From the NCBI GenBank assembly GCA_035084275.1, contig CM068755.1:12896001-12960000 (forward strand): a DNA stretch of 64,000 bases. Direction: 5' to 3'. The notes beneath the pieces are model-generated. The model saw only the letters and a program-made list of their open reading frames with translations. It did not search any database and was not told the origin of the DNA. The DNA is from Hydrolagus colliei (Eukaryota). Numbering within the stretch: position 1 is the stretch's first letter; every line of letters begins with the position of its first letter. Made by a program: the position numbers and the translations under genes. Shown piece after piece: positions 25,196-37,641 of the stretch.

Positions 25196-26854
25196 CAGTA
25201 TGTTTCTCCAACTACTGTACTAAGAGAGAGCTTCAGCACAATGCTGTAAAACCACCAGTGAAAAAGCATGATATACCTGTAAAAGTACCAAAGCTAACAG
25301 CAGAAAATCAGCAAAATTTGGTCTCACCTAATCCACCGAACACTGAAGTAACAGAAAGTTCAAGCAAATGACCCTAACCAAAAGAAGGCAAAAGCAATGC
25401 ATTCCGTTAACAGTGACCAATGTAGCTAGTTCTGGTGTCAAACTACATGTCACAGCACCAAACCAGACCCATGAGCTGAACTCTTAAGACATTTACGCAG
25501 CCATATCGAAAACCTATATAATTTTTAACGTGATTGTTAACCTATAAGCTTGCAAAAAAAAGCTCCAAAGCATTTAAAATGATTAAATCCATCGAGCTAA
25601 AAAAAATAGCACCGTAAAATCTGCCGGGTTGACATTTTTCTACAACAATTCCCCCCCTATTAACCAAGATGAAAGTGGTCTTGAGAGAGAGAGAGAGAAA
25701 AAAAATGGTCACAAAAATACCGGCTTTTAAACTCTGAATATTTAATTTACTGATAAAAAAAGGCCCTATTTCCTGCCTGAGCTGCACAAATAAAGAGGCA
25801 CATCTTAGGAGAGAAGCAATGAGTAGAAAATGACCTTTAGTGAGTGGAGATGAGAGAAGGTGCAGAGCTAATCCTGAACGTTTCCCATTGGCTGCGTCGC
25901 AGTGTAGAAAATGTCTCCATCTGGACTAATCTCCTCTCAGTTGGATGAACTGAGACTCTCAGTGTTAACCTGACATTTTACAATAATTACCCTTTCGTCT
26001 GACCCGAGCCCAATCTCGCGCTCTCTTATAAATATCTTTGCTTCCAACCCCTTGACTCTTATGTTAGAGATAGTGGGGTTGATGATACGATAATAATATG
26101 AAGGGAGTGGGAAGTTGAAGCACTGTATGTGGCTCTTTTTTGATCTCATTCCCAGCTATCTATCAGCCCTTGGTGTCTTGTAATAGGGACGTGTTAGAAA
26201 GGAATATTATGGCATATTAAGTAATGCTTTCTTATCACACTAAATAAAATATGTTTCTAATCATCGTCACTCAGCACCAAGCACTTATCGGTACTGTGGG
26301 GAAATGGTGCATGGAAATAGGTTCAGATGGAAAATTAAGTTCAAAGGTCGGGTTCTAAGGCTAACCAAAGATGAAATGTGGCTATTTGTTTTACCCAAGT
26401 CTGACTTCATCTTCATTCTAAAGGTCAACATGATATATATTAAAAAAAATTCACCAGAAATAATTTATCTCTTTGTGTCCCTGTCTCATTTCACTTATTA
26501 TGCTGGAGACAGTGGGCCATTGAATCTTCAATAATATGCAGTCGTCTGCCTGTGAGAAAGGGCAGTAATAATTGTATTTTATGCTCCTTTTTTTGTTTAC
26601 TTTTATCTGATTCATTAGTACCGCAGACAATTTGTAGGCACTGTCATTCTGACGTCCTTATTTCAGCAGAACAACACGCACGCGTGTGCAAAAAAAAAAT
26701 CAATATTAATAAGATTGTAAACGAAAGGTTACTGGTTGTCTCTTCTTTCAAAATTCTATGGGCAATTCCATCTCACATGCCACCTGATGAAGAACAGAAC
26801 GACACTTGCACAATGCAAATTCATGGCTCGTCACGTTTCCTGCTAACTTATGCG

Positions 26855-27055
26855 GACATTCATGGCACTGTACAAAAAGAGAAGGGAGTTTCTCCTGGTG
26901 TCCAGGCTAGCAATCCCCCACATAAAATTGGTCATGTATTTCATGGCTGTTTGCGGTACCTTGCTGTGCGCAATTGCACCGCGCTGCAACAAGTACTTTG
27001 GGACTCTACCCTGTGTGAGGGGTGCTATATAAATGCAAGTTGGTGTTGTTGGTGT
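26855..27055 (+). mobile_element. Deu-domain SINE with variant (TTG)n tail
   Basis: catggcactgtacaaaaagagaagggagtttctcctggtgtcc...aaattggtcat...ttgctgtgcgcaattg, joined to gggactctaccctgtgtgagggtgctatataaatgcaagttggtgttg. Confidence 0.85.
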
Positions 27056-27339
27056 TACGTGCAGTCATTTCAGTTTACGGTAAATCGTGTGAGGCGCTCT
27101 ACTACATGCCCTGCTCGCTCTACTGCATACTGCAGCAATGTGTAAGCGATGCTCCCATTGAAAGCCAGCAATTTCCATTTACACAGTCCGATGTATATCA
27201 GGAAATATATATACAGTATGTATTTTTTTAACTGGGATTATTAAGCACACGGAAATTGAATCCTACTTCTATACTATTCACTGATGATGTCTCATTTTAC
27301 TCACGGTAGTTACATGACTTTCTGGTGCAGATTAATCAT

Positions 27340-27385
27340 CACCACCCCCCCCCCTCCCCCCCACCCACACCACCCCACCCCCCAA
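27340..27385 (-). repeat. C-rich low-complexity tract (G4-capable on minus strand)
   Basis: accaccccccccc ctccccccc acccacaca ccccaccccc; more than four G3+ runs on the minus strand. Confidence 0.7.
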
Positions 27386-29244
27386 AACCAACCTCCAGCC
27401 ATTCAGATCTCAGTTAAACATATGCACAATCGAACAAATTATGCAACAATCTGAGAGTATTATTGACCCAGTCCTTATCAATGAATCATCTCCCTTCTCT
27501 GAATCCTTGATATAGCTCCTCAGCTGCCAGCACTCGGAGAAACGAGGAACCAATAGGCTAGCAACAGCCCACGACTAAACATGAAAGATTGCATTACAAT
27601 TGACATTGGAACTACAACTACCACTTGCAGCTATAAAAAAAACATCCTCCACATAGAATAACATTCATAGGGAATGGTGTCAATCCACCTTCATTGGCAG
27701 AACTGCACTTTTTGAATAGTCAATTAAATGAACTGAAACGTACAGTTTTTGTTATGGGTGGGGGTGGTGGCAGGGAGGGAAGTTTGTTATGCAAACGGAA
27801 ACTTGTAATTAAATTTACTGAGAAAGAATCTTAATCCCTCATCCTTGAGGTGCAGTTTGCTTTCTGGGAATCCAATCCTGCAATCCATTACATGGTTTTG
27901 GAATGTGCAATATAATTTTCTAAGCGGACACCTTCACCATACCAAATTGCAGATGTGATCCAATCTTGCTCTTATGCATTCGGTTGAAAACACTATTTGT
28001 GCCTCTTTACACTGCGAGAAAATTCCAATGCAGTGAAACAGGCAATCTTAATTTACACAAATTGGTAGCACAGTACAGAAGAATTATGTAATAAGAGCAA
28101 CAACCACTTACCTCAGGAACACTGCAGATGTCCAGCCCTCCCATGAGACAGTTTTTTTAATATAAAAAAAACCCACAAAGGGCAAGCATTTGTGCCACAC
28201 CTTACTTAGATAGATTTTACCTAATGAGGTTTGACTCCTCGGTGCCCTGTGGAAAAATTCACAAATTTTGCACTGATACAGGCTTGGGGGTGGGGTAGGG
28301 GCTTGAGTTCCTCATTCACGTTAGACACATGCTCCAGGAACAGCAATTTCAGGCCAAACTGCTTTGTTCGAAATCCACATTACAGAAACAAAACTGAAAT
28401 TCGTGAAGGTTGAATTAACATAAGACAGAAAAAAGTGTGTGTATGCGCACATACAACAAGATAATAGGTGATGACTGCAGTAGTTTATTAGTCAAGTGGA
28501 AAGGAGGAATCATATATTCAAGTGGCCAGGCCTTTATAGAGGTCACATATCAGCTGCCTAAAAGGTCAGTTTAAAACTGTGAACTACCAGATATGGGACT
28601 AACACATCATCACCCAACACAGAAGTAGCTGATGGCTGTAACTGCATTACAGGTCAAGTTCAATGGAAGTACTGCAGAACTCTTTATCACTCAAACTAGA
28701 GATTTTTTTTAATTAATTAAGTGTTGTGAAGGGTAGTGACAATTTCAGGCCATAGAATAAAATTACTGCATGGAGTGGTGATTTTTGCAGATTGTCTGTT
28801 GAATTACTGATGTGGATTACAGCCAAGGGATCGGGAGCAGGAGTGAATTGAATGGATTTCATTCCATTATCTTTTACAATAGATTTTGTTAAGATTACGA
28901 AGAGGACATCTGGAACAAATGTAGAAGAATTTGAATGCTGGACATGGCTTGAAGCCAGAGGAAAATTGATGTCTGTCATCGACAAGGCTTGCCATTATAT
29001 TAAAAAATAAATGCCACATTCACAGATGAAAGCTAGAGACTAGCCCTGAAATGGAAGTGCTGAATCCCAATTCATCTGATTTGGAATTCTCTTGAAGAAT
29101 CCAACTCTTTTGGTAGTAGGATCTCAATGACTGGGCCTGCCACAGATTTATGTATTAAAAAAGTAGTTTTAAATGCCTCATTTTCAGTAAGCATTTTAAG
29201 ATTTTGATTTTAATCTGTGATTTTATGCTCTATGCCCATTTTGC

Positions 29245-29315
29245 ACAACAACAATATAGTCCTTAAACTTGATAAAGCACCCTTCATGTTGGCAGGACTC
29301 TCAAAGCATCTTACT
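29245..29315 (-). mobile_element. L2-type 3' tail, diverged
   Basis: acaacaacaat...ataaagcacccttcatgttggcaggactctcaaagc. Confidence 0.45.
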
Positions 29316-30225
29316 TTGAAATGTAATAACTACTTTGTAGGCAAACGCAACAGAAAATTTGCAATGTCTCACTACAGGCATAAAGTAATGGATGTGTACT
29401 TTAGTACAGTACCTTTCTAATGCTGGTGTAATGTTTTGCTCCTGGTTGAGTAAAGAGAGGAGGGATGTGGAGGGAGGTGATTATAATATATGCTAATCCA
29501 GCTAAGCAAGTCTCCTATTCTAAGGTTATTCGACCTTTGCTTGATCTCTACAATGCTCGGCCCTTCTGCTCAGATAACCAAATTGACCTTTTGCCAAATT
29601 TTAACACGCTCTGCCTGACACAACATGAGGAACCACAAACACTGCTGCTAGGGTCAGAAGTTAGGACATGCACTATTTAATACTGTACATTTAGTTGCAT
29701 ATTCAACATGGTTTGTACATTGAATCACATGTACAGGGCCGACCAGCCGTTGATTCTGAGCAACACTCCCACAAACATCTAAACAGATATGGTGGATTAT
29801 TGACTTGCTGATGCTAAAAATAATAACTTAAACCATGTAAAGTTATACGCATCACTCTCTGAATTATTTTTTCCTATTCTGTTGACAATGCCACTGTTAC
29901 GCTACCATTGTTTTTGAAGACTTGTTCAAAATTTGATTTGAGAATGCTTGTTGAGAGAATTCAACTTTTTTTTAGAAAAACTATATTTCCAGTTCAGCAA
30001 CAGGAAACAACTTCACACTATCGTTTCAGGGGTGTACAAACTTTTCAGTTTCAGGTCATATTTCTGACCTGCGATAACAGGGAACCCAGCACATAGTTAG
30101 ATTCTGGGGTCTTTGTGTCACTCTTTCAAGCTGTTTAAGCTGAAATTGAAGCCGTTTAGGTAGCATAACAGTACCTGATTCTTTGCCCCTTTGGTTCTCC
30201 AAATTACCAGTTACAATATAAAAAT

Positions 30226-30286
30226 TACAATACAAAATTGCATTTGTTTTGCGACTTCCATGTCAGGAGGACGTCCCAAAGCACAG
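30226..30286 (-). mobile_element. L2-type 3' tail
   Basis: acaaaattgcatttgttttgcgacttccatgtcaggaggacgtcccaaagc; homologous to 45430-45480. Confidence 0.6.
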
Positions 30287-30739
30287 TTAATAATAATCAG
30301 TAAGATATAGTCCTGTGCACTTCCAAGATGTCTATATTTCATTCACAAATGTACTGAGGAAATAATTTATTAAAAAGTTAAGCAAGCTAGATTTTTAAAT
30401 ATTTCACATTGCATGTTTTAAGTTAATTGTAATTTACAGTCTGATATGTGAGGTCATATCCTTGATGTATGACTAGAACAAGAGGCTTAGATTTCTCCCA
30501 TTTAACATCAATGGCTCAATGAGCAGTTGGCAAGTGTTAATTTGATTGTTATTCATTTTCAAAGAATAAAACTTGCAAATTTTGAATTCTTTTTCTGTTT
30601 TTGTTTCTTTGTTAACTTCATGAGAAACTTTTCATGAAACAATATTACAACTTGCATTTATATAAATTGGAAGACTGGACTGGAAGGGGCTCAAGCAGGG
30701 AAAATGTAAGGAAAGTGGGAGCCAGGTTGAGTATCATCC

Positions 30740-30800
30740 AGGCATCCCAGCACTTTGGAGAGGAAAGGTCAAGTTGGAAATGGGCTGCTGGATGTGGAGA
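30740..30800 (-). mobile_element. L2/CR1 reverse-transcriptase motif remnant
   Basis: Antisense cagcccatttccaacttgacc(t)ttcctctccaaagtgctg gives QPISNLT/FLSKVL with one frameshift, matching the conserved YRPISNLPFLSKVLE motif. Confidence 0.6.
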
Positions 30801-33196
30801 GTGAACATTAAAATTGGGGGGGTTGCATACGCCCTGTAAATTGGAAAAATAAAGCATATTGGGCAGTTATTATGGTTAGGAGGAGGACAAAAGTTTCAAC
30901 AAATATTGACTTAACATGGTTCTTATTAGTATTTCCTGTAGCTATTTGCTTTAGCTCAGTTTCACAGTATAGAAAGTGCTACTTGTGATACATGCACTGT
31001 ACAGAGGACAAACACAGATTCCATTTTTAAGTTGCAGGAAGCAATCTCGAAATGAAATTGTTTAAGAGTCTGATGGCGAGAATACAGGATAAAATATTAT
31101 TTTCTTTGAGTCAACACTGATTTATAGTTTTAGACAATGTTGAAATCCTTGTTGAAGATCTCCAGCATATTTTAGGGCAGCCATAAAGGGAATTGATATA
31201 CTTTAGGAATTTTGGAATCGAATACAAAATAGAAATTAACAAAATGTACCTGCAATGTTTTTTGAGCAGTTCATTAATTCTAATAATGGTGAGCAACAAT
31301 TGGATGCATCAGAATGATTACTCCCCTCCCCCCCAAAAAATGTTACAAGTGCAGAATAAAGAATGATATCCCAAATAGAGTGCATTTGCAGATTTCCCTC
31401 TGTCCTTTTTAATTCCCCTTTTCTCCTAATTCTGCTTAACACATTTTTGTGGTTGTCTAAATACCCTTAATGGTTGAGCTGAGACAAACTGCCGTTAGCG
31501 AAGAAATTTAATTTAAGTGGAGGGCGACAGCCTTACCTTTGCGGTTAATTGGCCGTTTTGTCTAAGAAGTTAATTGTCTATTTAGTCCAGGTAGTTGTTG
31601 AAATGTTTAGCTGCTTTGAAACTCTGATCTCGTCATTAATGGTGCATGAAATGAAATGCTTGATACTGCAAATAAAACCAGTGATATTCAAGGATGTTAT
31701 TGTAGGTAATGCTTTCAAACTGCATTTTAATGGGTCCTAGAAGATTAGGATAGTGTCAGCTGGAACAGTCTGATCCTTTTCTCTGACGATGTTACTTCCC
31801 TCTTCATTTGCTTAACGGCTGTCTGCACTGATCACACAGGCATTACTACTAAAACAACAAAGGCATGCTTTGTTAGTGGGGCCAATTTAAATCATTTGCA
31901 TAATACCAGCTTTTTTTAAAAAAGGGCTCTGTAAGGTTATGATTATATACATTATATGATGTATAAGAATGTCAATTTCAACCTGTCCTAGTTATTCTAC
32001 ACTGGTTTGATCAATCCCATGCTAGATTATTCTGCTTCTAGGAAGAGTTTGAGAATATGGGCCAAACAGGTAACCGCAATACATAATCGCACACGCAAAC
32101 ACATAGAGTGCTAAGATTTGCACAGGAAGGTAGTAACCTCTCCCCAGAGGAACAATCCTCAGGATCCAAGGCCTGTCCTTGAAGAACATCAATATCAAAA
32201 TAAGCATTTTTCTCAATACTGGGAGCGAATATTATCCTAGAGAAAAACAATTAAATGCATCAATGCCAGTTTTTTTAAAATAAACAGTTTTTTTGTCATA
32301 GCCCCTACTCATTATGCCACTTCCCATATTTATCCAAGCCTCATACTGATGTTTATTTTATTCTGTCTTGGGAAAGGGATACATAGAGCCATTCACTTGA
32401 GCTCTGATATGGATACTGTTATCCATGGTGCAAGGAGTTCCCATAGGTACACAGGACTGAAGGATTATGGTAGACACTTATGTTTTCTTGGACACTCCTT
32501 AAGTACCACACTGAAAAGAGGCAAAGGGCACTTCATTCTTTCTCTCCTCTCTTCATTGATGGCAAAGTTCCACTGGCTAATATGTAGCATAAAGGATGTG
32601 TGTCCAAACAGTTCACTTTCATGATTGGAGATCCTGGACATGAACCAAAAGGGTTTCTTACAGCCCAGTTGTGAGATGTATGACCAAACTAAGGGGGGTG
32701 GTTGTGCTGATGAAAAGGGTTGCAGGGAAGCAGAACTACAGGCTACACTGACATATCATTCAGGATCCTAGAGGTGGAGTTGACTTGATATTGGGCACAT
32801 CTCTTTGCCAAGAACCCCTCAGATGTGGATCTGAATTAAACAGGTTGGGAAATATGTATGTAGCTTTGAAATTTGGATCACTGGAACATCAAGGTGCTTG
32901 GTATTTGTGAGTTGTCTTATAGAGGAGTATCTTGAACCTGTCTCTGGAGGGTGCACACTTCATTACCAGCCAATTTATAGAATATTTAATACAGGAATTT
33001 TGTTTGGAAGCTATTAAGCATAGTGATGCAACATCAACATTTTTCAGTAACCCAGGAAAGGTCAAAAATGTTTACGACCAAACAAAAATCAAGTTCTCCC
33101 CGAAAACATGCCACTTTGCAAATCCTACAGTTTTTTTTTAACCTACAGTGAAAGAGAGTTTCCAATTACAGCCCAATGTCATGACGGGAGACTCAC

Positions 33197-33302
33197 TCTA
33201 TGAAGACCAGAAGGCATTTTGGAAGGAGTTTGACTTGAAAAGGTTTAATTAAAACCTCGATATTCAGAACGGAAGTCATGAGTTGTGATCTGGTTCCCGC
33301 AT
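33197..33302 (-). other. Candidate exon, 106 nt, open in phase 1-2
   Basis: tttcttatttccaaccacag| acceptor and aga|gtgagt donor; encodes AGTRSQLMTSVLNIEVLIKPFQVKLLPKCLLVFI; product not recognised. Confidence 0.28.
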
Positions 33303-33814
33303 CTGTGGTTGGAAATAAGAAATGCTCTAAATGACCTGATTTTATTTTTTGGTAGGGGGTGGGGGGCATTTGTGTGTTAACATTTATTAACAGCTGTGGT
33401 GGAGGAAGGTTTATATACTTTAAATATGTCAACCTATTATTCTGGAAGAAGAAAAATATTTTCTGCATTAAAAATCCATGTAAACATTCTTTCTGATAAC
33501 ATTCTGCTGCACCTGGTCAGCACGGAGTAAATATTTTACAGCACAGGCTGTTGTGCATATAAACAGTTTGATGTGCTACAGATGTCTTATCATCGTGCAT
33601 ACTGCTTTACCTTTCTAGACGGTCCACAGCTGTCATTTATTTTTATCGTGGGATTCAAGTGAGCCTACATAACTCGGTTTTACTGTTTGGTAAAGATCCA
33701 TTAACATTTAAGTAAGATGGATGTGCTATTCTGCATGGGTAAATAAGATGTAAGGAGTTCAACTGTCTCTAAGTATTCAACACAACTCAACTGACTTGGT
33801 CATTGAAGGACCCT

Positions 33815-34062
33815 TTCACCTGCAGTTGCCTAAGTGGTTCCCATCTACCTGTTCAGGTGGACTTTAAAGATCCCATGGCACAATTTGGAAAAACAACTGA
33901 ATTTCTCCCAGTTACCTGGCCAACAATCCCTAAGATAAAATTAGTCATTCACTTAATTGCTGTGTGCAAATTAGCTGCTGCGTTTGCCATGAAAATACGC
34001 TGCACTTTGGGGCATCACAAAGAAGTGATAAGGCATTCTACCAAATGCAAATGTTATTATTA
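33815..34062 (+). mobile_element. Deu-domain SINE
   Basis: cctgttcaggtggactttaaagatcccatggcac...tttctccc...cctggccaacaatccctaagataaaattagtcattcac...aaatgcaaatgttattatt. Confidence 0.9.
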
Positions 34063-34094
34063 GAGAACATAAGTAGAAGAACAAAGGGATTTCT

Positions 34095-34218
34095 CTTTCA
34101 TCTTATCCTCTTCCAGTTTCCCTCTCCTGATGACATCGACTTACACTGAGCAACAGATCTCTGGTTGTTAACCAGCATCGGGTACCTTGCTCAAGGAGCC
34201 ATGCTTCATCTATTGTGC
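34095..34218 (-). mobile_element. AmnSINE2-like SINE 3' end
   Basis: cctctcctgatgacatcgacttacactgag...ggtaccttgctcaaggagccatgcttcat; matches the antisense 3' end of the family at 23115-23240. Confidence 0.5.
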
Positions 34219-34221
34219 ACT

Positions 34222-34345
34222 ACTGTAGCTGAGCACTTGCCTCACAAGTGAGAGACCTGGGTTTGATTCCTGGCAGGACAACATTTTGGGTACATTTCCT
34301 TTCTCCACACATTTGCAATGTATGAACCAGGGCTGAGATTGGTTA
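34222..34345 (+). mobile_element. tRNA-derived SINE head with Pol III B-box
   Basis: gcacttgcctcacaagtgagagacctgggtttgattcctggc: anticodon-arm-like segment and B-box GGTTTGATTCC (from GTTCGATTCC); no intact cloverleaf. Confidence 0.65.
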
Positions 34346-35524
34346 ACTCAGCCAAATTCATACTTTATCAACAGAGCCATTGAAGGAGTTTTATCTTGCA
34401 CTAACAACAGTAACCCCTTTCTACCATGAGCCATTACCTGATTGTGCTCTTGAGAGTCATCACCTGAGCTCCAGAATGCATTATGAGTATTGATGGAAGT
34501 AGTGATATGCTGTAAACAGCATGTGCAATCCAACATTTGGATGTCGTGCAAAAATATTTATCAGCATTGTAATAGCACAAAACACTGATAAATCTGTGTT
34601 CATATATTTGTGCTTTAATTTCGTATCATAATGCATAACATTGCCCAAGTTTAAAAGTACAATTAACTTTAAAATCTGATACTTAGAACCAATTTTCCTC
34701 AATCCTGAGTACCCATAATAGAAGCATTGCAGAATTATTGGAGCTCTTCAGTTTCTTGGACAGGATATTTGTCGGGAGGATGGGCTACCACTTGCAAATT
34801 AAACTCGGATGAATTCATTTAAATAGAGCGTGTATTATTTTAGAAAAAGTAGCAGCCTGAGAAATGAGACATACTGACGTGCTATGTACAAGGTGTTTTA
34901 TTTATTTCTGTCTTATTTATTTTTCAATGTTGCAAACCAGCTTGTGTCAGCTTTCAAGTGGCTGAGGTAATAAAAATTCTAATAACAGTTTGCTGTGATG
35001 AATTGTTGAGGTACTACTGCTACAGGGTTAATAAAAAGCTGAATATTTCAGTGGAACATTTTCACAAAACTAATATCAATGTTTAATATCATGTCTTAGA
35101 CGTTTAGAGTTAAACCTTGTTGGTGCACACCTACGAGAAGTAGAGCAATCGTATATAATATCGAGAGTTATGGCTGTTTAGGAATGAGTAAGACAACTGT
35201 AATTTAATCAAGGGGTTAAGATGACATCATAAGCCATGAAAATGAAGTGCAAATGGTTTATGGATATCATTTGCACCTTGAGGTTAAATTAAAGTCTTGT
35301 GTTGTGTTTGTACTGCTGAAAGCACAATCGACTCTTTAAATAATATCAAGAAATGTGCCGTTGAAAGTCTTTGGGTCGTTCAATGGAAGCTTCGAGACCC
35401 TTTTACAGATCAGAGCATTTGGAGGCTCAGTGCAATTTCCAATCAATGTGTTTGTACTGGAGGCAGTGAATCTCATTGCTCTTGAAGACTCCATTGCTTG
35501 GTGATAAGAACCCTTCGATTTGAA

Positions 35525-35715
35525 ATGCACTATGTTCAATATGTACAGAGCGAGCTCCCACAAACATCAATGAAGTGACCCACAATTTTACCTGGAGTAT
35601 TGCTGGTCAGAACACTGGCGGAGATCCTCTTTTCTTTTCAAGTGGTGCAATGGGATCTATAATGTCCTACTGAATAGGTAGACTTCGGGTTAATGCCTCA
35701 CCCAATGGACAGAAG
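35525..35715 (-). mobile_element. Deu-domain SINE fragment, diverged
   Basis: agctcccacaaacatcaatgaagtgacc...ggtcagaacactgg...gtgcaatgggatctataatgtcc...ggttaatgcctcacccaatggacag, the antisense of the Deu core. Confidence 0.7.
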
Positions 35716-37641
35716 TATGATTTTTAATAGTGTGGTCTCTTCTCCTCCGTTAGTATAAATACACCTGGATTGCAATGCACACCTGCCACAATAATGCAGT
35801 GTTGTTTTTCTATAATTGACTTTTCATTAATGGGTTAAATTTAGGATCAAAATTCAATTCAGATCAGCAGGATCTTTGTCAACAATGTGCATTGTTGCTC
35901 CTGATCAGTGTTTCCGCAATTTTAATATCCTTTAATTAAATACTGGCTGAGGTGCTGAGGTGCTATGTATTTGCTATGGAGGCAATCTATCCTTTTTTCA
36001 GCATGCTCGTAATGATCATTTACTGTGTAAAGCATAAAAAAAAAGCAGAGAATCAAAGCTTTAAGTGGAATTTCATTAAGGTGACAAAACATCAGGCGAA
36101 CTCTTATATTAAGCTTTAAGCACCTTCAGAAAGAAATGTCACTGAAGTTTACAATACATTAGCTCTGTCAGGTTAGCTCGCTGTGAAGTCTTCAATAATA
36201 ATAAAATAAGAAAATCCCTCTGTTCCCCTAGTGCTGTGTGTCCACAGATTTAATACCACAGTGATGACATTTCTGGTTTATCACGCGAAGCATAAAAATT
36301 AGGACTCTTTCAGCCTAAATCTAATTAGAACAAACTAAGCACTCAATCAATTCGGCTGTTCTGCAGCACACAAAGCATTGGTAATGTAATTTTAGAAGAT
36401 CTAGGCCATGACTGGTACGTCATGTATTAACAATATCTAATGTGGCTCCTGTAGGTAAATGAATATGCTAACAAGGCAAGGTCAATGCTAAATCTAATAT
36501 CTTTAAGCTGTTTAATTCCAAATAGTCCTTAATAAATCAATTGACCAGGAGAGTTGATGCTTCTATCAATTATTCAGGAGACAGAATAAATATTTCAGAT
36601 GATTTGATGGGATGGCTTGCCCAGGTCTTATAGAAAGCTTTGCATTTCATTAATGCCTCACTTAAAGTTTTATACACTGGGAAATGCAGGTGATTTGATA
36701 TGTAGAGGATTCCCTGCGAGCTATATTTGCAGAAGCAGTTGTCTTTCTCGATTTCAGTGTAAATGGAGGTGGCATCCTAAGAATAATTGAGAAACGCTGC
36801 AAAATACAGCCAGAACTAATATAAAGCAATAACTATTCAAAAGGTGAAATCTTTTTATTATACAATGTTTTCTGTAATCTTTGTATATTACAATTCCTTC
36901 CAATAACATACTTTTTTTGTTACATTTGTCAATTCCTTCACTGTATTACATTAGGACAATGAATTTTAGAGAGAGAAGTTTTGCTCATTTATGCATAGCA
37001 GGACAGGAGAACTTTGAAAAATTCGTTCCTGGAGTCTTAGAAACACCTTAAGTGCTACCTGTTTGACCCCATGTGCTCCACCTAATGTAAAATGCATAAT
37101 ATGTCACAAACACGACACCAAACAGGATTTATAGATAAGTAGGGATTGATATATGATTAACCGAGTGCAGCTGTTGTACTAACATTTTAGGGCTCATTAT
37201 TTAAAGCAAATGTATTTCTCATTGTTGCTGAGTTAGTGACACCATTATTTTGCTGGGCTGAGCACAAATCCAGGCTTATCAAAAGAATTGGATCCAAACT
37301 GCGCCTCACTAGAGCAATTTTATTTTCTTCTCAACGGAGAAAATGGAAAATTGGAGATGAGCCATCACTTCACTTTGTTAGTGAGCTTCAAGAGAGGATG
37401 GTGATTTCAGATTTGACCCTGACTTCATGCCAATTAAATCACAGGCCATAAACCCATCCCGTTGTTTACCAGAGAGATTTGATTTGTGAATATCTTCTGA
37501 TACAACTTTCAGCCATTTCCTGGTCTCTCTCATTTTTGAATTCTTCCAATACACTTTCTGAGTCTGAGTAGCTATTGCTAACATACTCCATTAGCTAAAT
37601 ATTGCTGATGAAAACAAGTGACTCCAGGCATTGCAACACAG

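Noticed and set aside
26552-27145. Longest tracked ORF (197 aa)
   Set aside because: Non-ATG start, spans a poly-A run and a Deu SINE, and has no recognisable domain; chance ORF.
28105-28135. Strong minus-strand donor gag|gtaagt
   Set aside because: No convincing acceptor or exon body upstream.
34222-34275. Possible tRNA gene
   Set aside because: Only a B-box-like motif and a partial arm; no acceptor stem or D arm, so a SINE head.
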